Counted from the first letter of the stretch, positions 27,631 to 37,524 are shown. The stretch is DNA of 39,805 bases from Fidelibacterota bacterium (GCA_046861385.1 JBHHTW010000017.1:1-39805), one strand, 5' to 3'. The notes: generated by a model not told the origin, from the letters alone. Numbers and translations are program-made.

Positions 27631-28896
27631 TTACCATTTAGGATTTTTTTGCAGCTTCTCTTGAATCCAGCTATAGCATTCCCCCCTCGGAATTACATAA
27701 CCTTGGTTTTTTATATCATCATCCAACATAAACCACTGAGCCCGGGTGAAAAGCACTTCATTTTCTAATAACCAAGTCCGGGAGCTTTTATAGCTTTGGC
27801 TATTTAATTCTTCAGCTTTATTGAAATTGTTAAATGCTAATGATGCTACCACTCTATCATCAAGGGAAATTGCCGGAGTTCTACAATCCTGGAATGATTT
27901 ATAATATACGTTTCCTTTCCTGCCATAAGAATCACCATTCATTTTATCCATTGAAATGACTTTATCGGCCCATCGGAGCGCTTTTGCGTAGTTTTGTCCT
28001 GCAGTATTAATATCACATATTTTTAATGCAACTTGAATATCACGTGGATTAAGCTTGAACAATTCCTCATAAGCATTCGAAGCATCATCTAATTCATCTG
28101 CTGCATAATATGCCTGACCTAATTTCCGATAGGCCAGTTTACTCGAATTATCCATTTTGAGAACTTTTTTCAATATTTCAACTGCTTCCTGTGGTTCATC
28201 ATTCAACAATAATCTATCGGCTAAATCGGTTCCAAAGGAAACATTATCAGAATTGGTTCTAAAACGTTCACGATACACATCCAGAGGATCCTTCCCAGTT
28301 AGTTCGTATACAATCGCAATGTCACTTTGCGCTTTTTCATTAGCTGGATCGATTTTTAGTATCCCTTCCAAAATATCGATTTGGTCATCATATAATTCTT
28401 GTTTACCATAAAGTTCTGCTAGATCCATTTTTACTTGTATATTTTCTGGAATCAATTCTGATAAACGATTTAAAGTTGTGATTTGTAAATCTGATTTATT
28501 TTGTATTGAGTAGGCATAAGACAACCGTTTGAGTAATTCAACATTATTTGGTAAAAGCTGCAGCCCTTTGACTAACACAAATTCAGAACTATCAAATTGC
28601 CCCAAATATTCATAAGCAATGGCATAATATTGGTACACTTCAACCGGATCGTCACGATCACAGCCTAAATCAACTAATTCACGATACACTCGAATGGTTG
28701 AAGCCCAATCCCTATTTTTATAATATTCAGCAGCGCTACTCATTAATCGCGGGCAACGAACATCACGCAATGAATCCAGATATGCATCGTAGGCGGCATC
28801 CTCGCTCACACCATTTTCTTCCGGAGGCACACACATGGAAAAAAATATTGATATAACGCCAATACTAATTATTTTTGAAAGTTGAAATTCCTTCAT
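27631..28896 (-). CDS. tetratricopeptide-repeat protein, probable lipoprotein
   Basis: Start MKEFQ at 28896 (AAGGA upstream), hydrophobic stretch ending FFSM-C, and many TPR-like helix pairs. Confidence 0.8.
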   Translation of the reverse strand: MKEFQLSKIISIGVISIFFSMCVPPEENGVSEDAAYDAYLDSLRDVRCPRLMSSAAEYYKNRDWASTIRVYRELVDLGCDRDDPVEVYQYYAIAYEYLGQFDSSEFVLVKGLQLLPNNVELLKRLSYAYSIQNKSDLQITTLNRLSELIPENIQVKMDLAELYGKQELYDDQIDILEGILKIDPANEKAQSDIAIVYELTGKDPLDVYRERFRTNSDNVSFGTDLADRLLLNDEPQEAVEILKKVLKMDNSSKLAYRKLGQAYYAADELDDASNAYEELFKLNPRDIQVALKICDINTAGQNYAKALRWADKVISMDKMNGDSYGRKGNVYYKSFQDCRTPAISLDDRVVASLAFNNFNKAEELNSQSYKSSRTWLLENEVLFTRAQWFMLDDDIKNQGYVIPRGECYSWIQEKLQKNPKW

Positions 28897-28906
28897 GTAT
28901 TTATCC

Positions 28907-30178
28907 TTATTTAGGGCGACGTTTAACGAACCAAAGATCGCCAATTTGAACGCCGAATGTTATTTGTTGAATTATTTCGTCTGATTTTACATCACCTGAT
29001 CTTAATCCATATTTATAGGCAAAATCTAATTGATTTTTTGCCCGTCCAAATTTAATACCAAACCCGACAGTTAAGCCAAATTCATTCACACTGGATGTAT
29101 TATTATATAAGTTATCGTGTCGAAAATATACACCACTCCTGTATTGAATTTTTTGAGATAATTTAAACGCATCATCTGATGAAAATTTTGCGAAACTTAT
29201 AGAGTATTGATTTGATTGATCAATATATAATGATTTCAATGAAAATAATTCATCTGATTTATTTCCATTATCTTTCCAGTGATAAAATTCTGCCATAATA
29301 TGGGATTTATTATTTTTTAATTTGAAATCCAGACCCGCTCCAAATTCGAATGGATTATAAATATTTTTAAAAATTGAGGATTCAGCATTTGGTACGCTAG
29401 ATGGATTTGGACTATCACTTGGTGGACTTGTATCAAAATATCCATTTTTATTTACATCTTCAAAAGGTTGAAATGAAAGGTGGTTCGCACGCAGAGATTT
29501 GATGGCACCCGATATCATTAAATAAATATTTGCCGGGATTTGTCCTTTATTGAAGCGATTTGAGGTCAGAAATAGTCTGTAAAGGGAGCCATCATATATG
29601 TGCCTCTGATAATAATGATAATCACGATCATTAATTCTTAATTTTGTGTCTTTTCTATAGGAACCGAAAAGGATATCTAATTCAATCGCTGCTCCTTCAT
29701 TAGCTGTTATTGGGAAACGTATAGCTGTATATAATGAAGAAACACCACCCGATCCATCTACAAAATGTTGTGTATTTAATGTATCACCATTAACAATAAA
29801 TTCGTCAGAAGATGAACCAATTAATGAAAGTTTGTGGCTAAATAAGGGTCTTACACCAAATCCCCAGGCATAATTGCTCCCAATTGAAACCGCAAATTGG
29901 AGGCTGTTAAAGTCAGTATGTCCATTTGTACCCAGATTACTTGATACTTCATTCCCAGAGATATTTCCAGCTAAATAAGCGAATTTTAAATGGTTCCATG
30001 TGACAGGATTCGATAAGGAAACATTTTCAGTAAACGAAGGAATAATACCGCGGCTACTCATAGATAAAGCTGATGCACTATGAGTAAATGACCTCTCACC
30101 TAATCCGTACCCACTATGAATGGATTGACCCAGCATAAAAGTTATCGTCAGGATTGCGAATAGTTTAGGGCGATACAT
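28907..30178 (-). CDS. FadL-like outer membrane beta-barrel (BamG-like)
   Basis: Signal peptide, then S..SGYGLG...M...G...NP (FadL-type N-terminus), alternating beta strands and the C-terminal GDLWFVKRR motif. Confidence 0.65.
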   Translation of the reverse strand: MYRPKLFAILTITFMLGQSIHSGYGLGERSFTHSASALSMSSRGIIPSFTENVSLSNPVTWNHLKFAYLAGNISGNEVSSNLGTNGHTDFNSLQFAVSIGSNYAWGFGVRPLFSHKLSLIGSSSDEFIVNGDTLNTQHFVDGSGGVSSLYTAIRFPITANEGAAIELDILFGSYRKDTKLRINDRDYHYYQRHIYDGSLYRLFLTSNRFNKGQIPANIYLMISGAIKSLRANHLSFQPFEDVNKNGYFDTSPPSDSPNPSSVPNAESSIFKNIYNPFEFGAGLDFKLKNNKSHIMAEFYHWKDNGNKSDELFSLKSLYIDQSNQYSISFAKFSSDDAFKLSQKIQYRSGVYFRHDNLYNNTSSVNEFGLTVGFGIKFGRAKNQLDFAYKYGLRSGDVKSDEIIQQITFGVQIGDLWFVKRRPK

Positions 30179-31430
30179 ATTGAATAAATAATTTTGGATA
30201 AAGAAGAGAATCTGCGTTTGAATAAAGGTGTACGGTCGAATGAATACTATTATTGACGCTTGAATACAATTTTATTCCCAGATTATCTATGTGATTAAAA
30301 TAATGATCCTGTAAAAATCGTTTTATGTTAAATACCACCTGATTATCAGAGACAGTACCACTAACGGTTAAATAGCTAAATGTATCAAAGAGATCCTCAT
30401 CAAAATATGTAAAGTTGGTAAGCTCAACAGTATCCTGAAGTGGAATGGCATATAATGTAAAAGAAGAAATAGTTGTATCCGGTACAATGTGAAATATGAG
30501 TTCAGCTTTATCAAATGTTGTTTGGTTTGGCAAAGCCAAAGTATCGAGAAAATTTAAAGAAATAAGGCTGCGCAACCCCTTTCCCCTGCTAATGGAAATA
30601 AATGAAGAGTCTTCATCAAGAATATCAGGTGGAACTAAAATACTTAAATCGCTGATAACTTTAAATGATCTTTGCAATGTATCAATTTGAGTATCCTGGG
30701 ATGTATCCGCAGAATCAGCATAAGTGAATTGTTTAAAATAAACATCAAGCTTTGGGGTCGTATTTTCCAAGGATGAATATTCACGGCTATAAACAGAATG
30801 CAAATTACCATCGTCATTATCCAAGGTGAGCATAACAGTATAATTAAGTGATGAATCCATAAAAGTAGAATCAAGCATATCGGATACGTTGAAACGCGCT
30901 CTAAAGACAGAATTTGCAACAGAATCAACCATGAATTCAGACTCTTCCTCAAGTGCAGATGCTTCATATTGTCCCAACGCAATTTCGGTTTCGGTGAAAT
31001 TTAAATAATGTGATTTAGATTCACTAAAGACGGAATCTCCTTGATCCGGGAATGAAAAGAGAGAAAATGAGATTGGATTAATTAATGTATCGGTTGTTAA
31101 ATATACAGTGAAAAATGCACTGTCAATTAAGATATTGGAATCTAATAACGATGCGTACGACAATTGTACAGATTCGGAGGATACAAATGAAGTTTTCAAC
31201 AAAATAGCCTTATATTCAAATTCTCCATCTACACCTAAAGATAGTCGTGTTTTACTACCGATTGAAGGTGGGATTTGATATGTTTCTCCCTCAATATCAT
31301 ATAAATGCAACGTATCTAATTCTAGATTTTCATTACTCAAATCAGCATGCAAGGGTTCTTCCATACAACCATTAATTGATATGAGGAACGTTCCTGTGAC
31401 CAAGACAGATGTTAGATACAATAGTTTCAT
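30165..31430 (-). CDS. acidic beta-rich lipoprotein, DUF4270/BamH-like
   Basis: Lipobox ING-C-MEE. Two internally similar halves (IDSAFFTV...YSRE....PKLDVYF and FDKAELIF...YS.....PKLFIQY). Position downstream of a half-GlgA gene. Confidence 0.55.
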   Translation of the reverse strand: MKLLYLTSVLVTGTFLISINGCMEEPLHADLSNENLELDTLHLYDIEGETYQIPPSIGSKTRLSLGVDGEFEYKAILLKTSFVSSESVQLSYASLLDSNILIDSAFFTVYLTTDTLINPISFSLFSFPDQGDSVFSESKSHYLNFTETEIALGQYEASALEEESEFMVDSVANSVFRARFNVSDMLDSTFMDSSLNYTVMLTLDNDDGNLHSVYSREYSSLENTTPKLDVYFKQFTYADSADTSQDTQIDTLQRSFKVISDLSILVPPDILDEDSSFISISRGKGLRSLISLNFLDTLALPNQTTFDKAELIFHIVPDTTISSFTLYAIPLQDTVELTNFTYFDEDLFDTFSYLTVSGTVSDNQVVFNIKRFLQDHYFNHIDNLGIKLYSSVNNSIHSTVHLYSNADSLLYPKLFIQYVSP

Positions 31431-31453
31431 GGAATTAGGGTATATACGAAAAA

Positions 31454-32281
31454 CTAACCGTTAAGTTTCTCAAGGATATTGTCGAGGTCATCTGCTACAG
31501 GTTGATAATCGATGACGTCTCCTTCAGGAACTTTAACAGTCTGAACTTTTTTCTTAACGGCATTTATTGCTGGAAGTGATAATAATTTTTCAGTCAAATG
31601 ATTAGATGGTGATTCTAAAGCAATAATCATGTCTGCATTTTCTGCGGCAGCTTCATAAGCGTTAACAGCACCGTTTTTCATGATAGATGGTATTTTAAGT
31701 CCAACTTTTTCAAATGAAGATTGTGAAAATGAATTGTATTCATCATCCATTTCATGAACCAATAAAACTGTTTTTATTTTAGCGTAAAAATCATCTCTTT
31801 GATATAGTTCTTTATATAATGCAGGGACAAACGAAGATTGCCAACCATTGCATAGAAAAATATCCGGTTTCCAGAATAAATGAGGTAATGTTGCCAACGT
31901 TGCCTTGCAGAAAATTGAGTATCGTTCATCGTTATCTGCTAAAATACGACCATTCTTAGATTTATATACCAGATTGGTTAAGGGTTTGAACCATTTTGTA
32001 TCTTCAAGAAAATAGACTTGAACCCTCGTTTTTGGAATGAAGGCACTTTTTGCAGATAAAATCATTTCATCTCCATCATATTCAAAAGGTATCTCCCGGA
32101 GACGAATCACTTCCCGCAAAATATATTTTCGTTCACTCACGTAACCATATTTGGGGATGATTGTCCTAATATCATGTCCTTTTCCCTGAAGAATGAGCGG
32201 GACTCTCGTGGAGAAAGGAGCCAAACTTGATGTATTTGCAAACGGAATGATTTCGGTGGTCATATAAAAGATTTTACTCAT
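31454..32281 (-). CDS. glycogen/starch synthase N-terminal (GT5) domain-only protein
   Basis: KIFYMTTEIIPF, GHDIRTIIPKYG, VQVYFL, DNDERY..F and WKPDI..CNGWQS; only 275 aa, with no C-terminal Rossmann domain. Confidence 0.85.
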   Translation of the reverse strand: MSKIFYMTTEIIPFANTSSLAPFSTRVPLILQGKGHDIRTIIPKYGYVSERKYILREVIRLREIPFEYDGDEMILSAKSAFIPKTRVQVYFLEDTKWFKPLTNLVYKSKNGRILADNDERYSIFCKATLATLPHLFWKPDIFLCNGWQSSFVPALYKELYQRDDFYAKIKTVLLVHEMDDEYNSFSQSSFEKVGLKIPSIMKNGAVNAYEAAAENADMIIALESPSNHLTEKLLSLPAINAVKKKVQTVKVPEGDVIDYQPVADDLDNILEKLNG

Positions 32282-32296
32282 AAAACTGAACTTTTC

Positions 32297-33103
32297 TTAT
32301 TCGATGGTTAATTGTTTAAGTGTTTTTTCTGCACGGTCATAAAATTCACTGCCGGGAAAATAATCAACAAGTCTTTGAAATTCCTCTTTTGCTTTTTCCA
32401 AATTCCCCATACTTTGATACGCCAAACCTAGTTTTAATTGGGCATCATCATCTTTGTCAGTACCTGAAAACGTAAATACTTTTTCGAATTCGACGATTGC
32501 ACGCTTATAATTTTTTTGTGAATAGTAGCATTCTGCCAACCAATATTGACTATTATCCGCTAAATCGTTTTGTGGGTCACTTATGACTAATTTTGAAAAA
32601 CCTGAAATCGCTCGGGTGTAATCACTATTTTGGTAATTACTCAAACTCTCAATATATATTCTTTTATATTCAGCCGGATTGATTCTGGAACTGGGCGATG
32701 CTGGTGTCTGGTCTTTTCTAATATTATATAGTTCCGTAAAACTATTCGCGAGAGTCACAATTTTATTTTCAATCATCACGAGTTGAGCCAATACTTCAAA
32801 ATTTGTACTATCAGAATAGGCAGCTTTATCTTCTAATAACCGAATTTTATTTTGAATTGTATTAATTCGATTAATAATCATTATAGCAACAGAATCCGTT
32901 TGCTTTTTTGATGCCACAGTTGCTTTCAACGTCGATTGAATTTCTGGTAAAAGGATATTTAACTTTGTTTCCAACTCATCAATTCGAACACGCTGATTTT
33001 CAATTTTGGTATTAATAATTTTGGTTTGTTTCTCACTTTGAGAAAATAGTAATACCGGTATAGATATCAGCAGGATAAATGTATGTGAGATTTTCTTAAT
33101 CAT
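32297..33103 (-). CDS. cpoB: CpoB/YbgF-like periplasmic coiled-coil + TPR protein
   Basis: Signal peptide, coiled coil, then LADNSQYWLAECYY...DAQLKLG...LVDYFPGS. Confidence 0.8.
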   Translation of the reverse strand: MIKKISHTFILLISIPVLLFSQSEKQTKIINTKIENQRVRIDELETKLNILLPEIQSTLKATVASKKQTDSVAIMIINRINTIQNKIRLLEDKAAYSDSTNFEVLAQLVMIENKIVTLANSFTELYNIRKDQTPASPSSRINPAEYKRIYIESLSNYQNSDYTRAISGFSKLVISDPQNDLADNSQYWLAECYYSQKNYKRAIVEFEKVFTFSGTDKDDDAQLKLGLAYQSMGNLEKAKEEFQRLVDYFPGSEFYDRAEKTLKQLTIE

Positions 33104-33175
33104 ATATTTTTGCCGTTTTTCTTTAAAAAGAAGGATGGGAATTTATCAAGACTTCATCAAGTATCATCGTAATTT

Positions 33176-34408
33176 TTAATATTCTTTGGGATCGATACTT
33201 AAATTCATTATCAATCCAATCATAATAAAACTTGAAAGCAAAAATGATCCTCCGTATGACACAAACGGTAATGGAAGACCCTTTACTGGAATCATACCAA
33301 CCGTCATAGCAAAATTTACAAAAACATGGGCCGTAAAAATTGATGCAATGCCAACAATTGTTAAACTGGAAAACCGGTCATCGATGTTATAAGCCAAACG
33401 AATGGTTTTAAGAATGAACAAAGTAAATATAGTTATGAGAATGAATATGGCTATAAAACCAAATTCCTCTCCTATCACCGATACAATAAAATCTGATTCT
33501 TGCACCGGTAAAAATTTAAGATGAGTTTGCGTCCCCTGCCCCCAACCTTTCCCAAACAAACCTCCTGCTCCAATGGCCGTTTTGCTTTGAATAATTTGAT
33601 ATGCAGCCCCCAGCGGATCAAGTTCCGGATTAAATAGTGTCAGGATTCTTTTTTGCTGATAATCCTTTAACGTTCCCCATAATACGGGTGATAATAACCC
33701 TAAAAAGACGTTAGAAAAGAATGTGGAAATGCCGAATAATATTGTTGGTTGAGCTCTATAAATAATTATCATCATAGACACTGCCCAGATAGTAAATGAC
33801 AACCAATGAAATGCAGTTAAAATACTAATTAAGGGGGCTAAAAAAAGGAAAAGATGAAACGGGCGAGACCCTGCCCAATATAGCATTGGTAATACGGGAA
33901 CCATAATAATAATAGCTGTTCCCAGATCGGGTTGATTAAGAATGATGAATGCCGGTAATAATGCGATCAAGACTGGAAAAATATTTGCAGAAAAGTATGT
34001 CATTTGCAAATTATGATCTGACAAGTATCGGGCTAAAGCGATGACAACAATCCACTTTGCGAATTCAGAAGGTTGAAAGCCCACAGGAAGACCTAAATCG
34101 ATCCAACGATACGTATGAGCAATTTCTCTTCCGAAATATGGAATCAATATAAAAATCATAATAATACCAAATAAACTGTAAATATAACGATGGATAGTAT
34201 GACGAGGTATCATGAACGCTATTAATAACCCCATTATTGCTGGAATTATAAATATAAGCTGTTTATAAAACGATTGATGAATAAAGGGCAATGATTGACC
34301 AGATTCAATACTTTTAAGCGTCATTAAACCAATTGCGAAAAGAATTAATGCCAGAATAAAAAGGGTAAAATTTGACGACCTGAATTTCAGCAGTATTAAT
34401 TTAATCAT
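33176..34408 (-). CDS. rodA: rod shape-determining SEDS glycosyltransferase RodA
   Basis: RWIDLG, QPSEFAK, QPDLGT, YQIIQSKTAIG.GG, DFI.SVIGEEFG and PLPFVSYGGS. Confidence 0.96.
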   Translation of the reverse strand: MIKLILLKFRSSNFTLFILALILFAIGLMTLKSIESGQSLPFIHQSFYKQLIFIIPAIMGLLIAFMIPRHTIHRYIYSLFGIIMIFILIPYFGREIAHTYRWIDLGLPVGFQPSEFAKWIVVIALARYLSDHNLQMTYFSANIFPVLIALLPAFIILNQPDLGTAIIIMVPVLPMLYWAGSRPFHLFLFLAPLISILTAFHWLSFTIWAVSMMIIIYRAQPTILFGISTFFSNVFLGLLSPVLWGTLKDYQQKRILTLFNPELDPLGAAYQIIQSKTAIGAGGLFGKGWGQGTQTHLKFLPVQESDFIVSVIGEEFGFIAIFILITIFTLFILKTIRLAYNIDDRFSSLTIVGIASIFTAHVFVNFAMTVGMIPVKGLPLPFVSYGGSFLLSSFIMIGLIMNLSIDPKEY

Positions 34409-36180
34409 TGTGAAAATGCGAGTCTAATTGATTCATTTGAAGAAAACAATAGCTCAAAAACAGATCTAGCAATCGGTGCGGCTGTTTCGCCACCATGTCC
34501 ACCCTGTTCAACCAGAATCACAACCGAAGCAATGTCGTTCTGATTTTTTGCATACCCGATATACCATGCATGATCGTCACCATGTGGATTTTGTGCAGTA
34601 CCTGTTTTTCCAGCCACAATTACTCCCGGGATTTTTGGATTTGACCGCTTACCAGTTCCTCGTGGTGAATTGATTACCTTTTGCATATAGAAGTCAATTT
34701 TATCCCATGTATTTTTTGAAAATGTTGATATTTCAACTTTCTTCGATTTACGATTCTTTAGCATATGAAGTCCACGCGTATGCCCTTTTGTCGCTAGTAA
34801 ATTTATATACTGGAGCATTTGGATAGGCGTCGCTACTAATTCTCCCTGCCCCAATGAAATATTTAACAAATGCCCTTTTGACCATCCCCAGCGTCCATAG
34901 TGTTTCGTTAGAAATGAAGATGTTGGTACGATACCTCTTGCTTCAGAGTACAAATCAATTCCTGTTTTACTCCCAAAACCAAATAATCGACACGACTCTG
35001 CCCATTCATCAATGGATAATCGCTGCACAACGTCGTAAAAATAAATATTGCATGATTGCGCTATGGCTTCCTCGAGATTAACAGGCCCGTGACCGTCTTC
35101 TTTCCAGCAGCGAAAATCACGATTACCTAAAGTGTATACTCCTTTACAATCAACTGTTTCTGAAAAGTTGACTTTCCTTTTTTCTAAAAGACTCATGACT
35201 GTAATCATTTTCAATGTGGAACCGGGCGGATATAAACCATGCGTAATACGGTTTAATAACGGTTTTTCAGGATCACTGATAATTTTTTTCCATTTATCAA
35301 CGGAAGTTTTTCCTGTGAATAAATTAGCCGGGTAATCTGGCTTACTAACAAATGCTAATATTTCTCCCGTTCTTGGATTCGATACCAAAGCGATACCCTT
35401 ATGACCCTCCAATTTCTCTTCTAACATTTCTTGTAAGGGTAACATAATGGATGTTAATAAATTATTCCCCGGAACTGGGTATTGAGCCTCTCTGTCAGTT
35501 GATATTCCAATTTCACGACCAAATGCATCTACCTCTATAAAATATACACCCTTTTTTCCACGTAAATTATTCTCGTATACTTTCTCTAATCCTCTCCAGC
35601 CAACTAAGTCACCAAACACATATTGATCTGGATCCGGTAATTCATTTATAAGAGCATGATCAACCTCTTTCACATAACCGAGCAAATGTGATGCATTGAT
35701 TTTATTTGAATAAGTTCTTTCAGGAAATTGTGTATAGTTTATTCCTGCCAAGTCTGTTTTATGTTCTTCTATCCGACTTAGTTGATCAAACGTGAGATCT
35801 TTTGCAATTCTTGATGGTAAAAATTTTCCCCGATAGTATTTCTTATAATTTGTTTTTAAAACAACCGTATCAATACCTGTACATTCACTGACTATTTTAA
35901 AAATTTGGCTTTCATCACCCATTTCTCCTGGGATACCGGTTAAGACATATGTTGGATAATTATCGACGATGATAGTTCCGTTTCTATCAGTAATTAATCC
36001 TCGAGGAGCATTTAATGAAATGGCTCGAATCCGGTTCACATCAGCTTTCATTGAATATTTTTCATATGAGTATACCTGGATGTTAAAAAACCTCGTAAGG
36101 AGAGACATCATTAATAGAATGACGATGCTGCTTGAGACAATCATTCGTCTCTTGGGTATTTTATTAGCCGCTTTCAGCAC
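34405..36180 (-). CDS. mrdA: penicillin-binding protein 2
   Basis: N-terminal TM, APRGLITDRNG, STLK (SxxK), SCN and KTGT. Confidence 0.96.
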   Translation of the reverse strand: MLKAANKIPKRRMIVSSSIVILLMMSLLTRFFNIQVYSYEKYSMKADVNRIRAISLNAPRGLITDRNGTIIVDNYPTYVLTGIPGEMGDESQIFKIVSECTGIDTVVLKTNYKKYYRGKFLPSRIAKDLTFDQLSRIEEHKTDLAGINYTQFPERTYSNKINASHLLGYVKEVDHALINELPDPDQYVFGDLVGWRGLEKVYENNLRGKKGVYFIEVDAFGREIGISTDREAQYPVPGNNLLTSIMLPLQEMLEEKLEGHKGIALVSNPRTGEILAFVSKPDYPANLFTGKTSVDKWKKIISDPEKPLLNRITHGLYPPGSTLKMITVMSLLEKRKVNFSETVDCKGVYTLGNRDFRCWKEDGHGPVNLEEAIAQSCNIYFYDVVQRLSIDEWAESCRLFGFGSKTGIDLYSEARGIVPTSSFLTKHYGRWGWSKGHLLNISLGQGELVATPIQMLQYINLLATKGHTRGLHMLKNRKSKKVEISTFSKNTWDKIDFYMQKVINSPRGTGKRSNPKIPGVIVAGKTGTAQNPHGDDHAWYIGYAKNQNDIASVVILVEQGGHGGETAAPIARSVFELLFSSNESIRLAFSQ

Positions 36181-36655
36181 GATATAGTAAACTAAACGGA
36201 ATGATTAATTGAAGGACAAGGATAAAACCCATCGTGTATCCGGTCGTGAAAAACCATGTTTGAATAAACATTAATTTGTCAGTCTCGTATAAATATTGAT
36301 ATCGAATATAGCAATATGTTAAAAAATGAAATGCCATAATTCCAATCCATGATAAATGATAATACAATGGAATTAACCGGTTGTATTGATCCTTTAATAA
36401 ACCGGATATATAACCGATGATTGAATAGGATAATGAAGAAAGTCCAAAATAAGAACCAACAGCCGAAAGATCTGTTAATAACCCAAGCAGAAAACCAGCT
36501 ATAACGCCATAAAACCGTCCGTATTTGATTGCGATATACAGGACGAATATTGACATGAAATCAGGACGTATCATATTAATTGACATCATTTCAGCTAAAT
36601 AAAACTGAATGATGAATACAATAAATAAAATCGTAATGAATTTACTCCACTTCAT
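36164..36655 (-). CDS. mreD: rod shape-determining protein MreD
   Basis: Hydrophobic protein with IRPDF and GFLLGLLTDL, located between mreC and mrdA. Confidence 0.9.
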   Translation of the reverse strand: MKWSKFITILFIVFIIQFYLAEMMSINMIRPDFMSIFVLYIAIKYGRFYGVIAGFLLGLLTDLSAVGSYFGLSSLSYSIIGYISGLLKDQYNRLIPLYYHLSWIGIMAFHFLTYCYIRYQYLYETDKLMFIQTWFFTTGYTMGFILVLQLIIPFSLLYRAESG

Positions 36656-37442
36656 TATTTTGCCCTGTAATGATAAATAGATTTATTAATGAACCCAGTT
36701 GCACCGGGTATCGAACAGACACAATTTTTTGAAAACTACCGATTTCATTCCGGATACCGATTACTTCACCGACAGGAAGATTTTTGGGGAAAATATCACT
36801 AAATCCCGATGTAATGACTTGATCCCCAATCTTTACTTCTGAATTTTTTTGAATTTCTCTAATTTCACATAAATCACCATACACCCATCTTAAAATACCC
36901 CTGGCGCCTGACGGCATGACCTGCACACTTAAGCGAAAATTTACATCGTTCAATATTTGAACGACTGAGCTTTGATTTCCAACAACAATAGTCTTTCCAA
37001 CCACTCCCTTCGGTGTAATTACGGACATATTTTTTTTAATACCATGCTGATTCCCGACATCGATTGTCAAAGTGTTCATATTGGATGTGATCCCTTTATT
37101 AATCACTTTGGCAGGAAGTAATTGCAACTGGCTCTCCCGTTTATAATTCAGCATTTCGCGCAACCGTTGATTTTCAATTGCCAGATTTCGCATAGATTCA
37201 AGTTGTAGAGAATAAATAACATTTTCTTCCCTGATTAGAGCGGCTTCTTCATCAACAACAGCCATTGCCCTGAGCCATGACACCGGTTTGTAGATGGATG
37301 TTAATAAATCATTTGCTTTACCGCGAAATATGGCAACATCTGTGGAATCATTGGATAATATTAATGAAAAAGATATGACGATAGCGAAGAGAAATACAAG
37401 GTGATCGCGCTGACGTATTAAAGAAAGGTAAAACTTCCTCAT
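36642..37442 (-). CDS. mreC: rod shape-determining protein MreC
   Basis: TM plus coiled coil (ENQRLREML), then GDQVITSG...FPKNLPVG. Confidence 0.95.
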   Translation of the reverse strand: MRKFYLSLIRQRDHLVFLFAIVISFSLILSNDSTDVAIFRGKANDLLTSIYKPVSWLRAMAVVDEEAALIREENVIYSLQLESMRNLAIENQRLREMLNYKRESQLQLLPAKVINKGITSNMNTLTIDVGNQHGIKKNMSVITPKGVVGKTIVVGNQSSVVQILNDVNFRLSVQVMPSGARGILRWVYGDLCEIREIQKNSEVKIGDQVITSGFSDIFPKNLPVGEVIGIRNEIGSFQKIVSVRYPVQLGSLINLFIITGQNNEVE

Positions 37443-37524
37443 GTCGATTTAAGGGTCGTTATTTTGATCGGTTGGGTGGATGAAATAAGAGACAATCAGA
37501 CATTCCAACATTTACCAAATCATA

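Noticed and set aside
31454-32281. Calling the short GlgA-like gene a pseudogene
   Set aside because: Clean ORF tightly flanked by intact genes, with no remnant of a C-terminal domain downstream.
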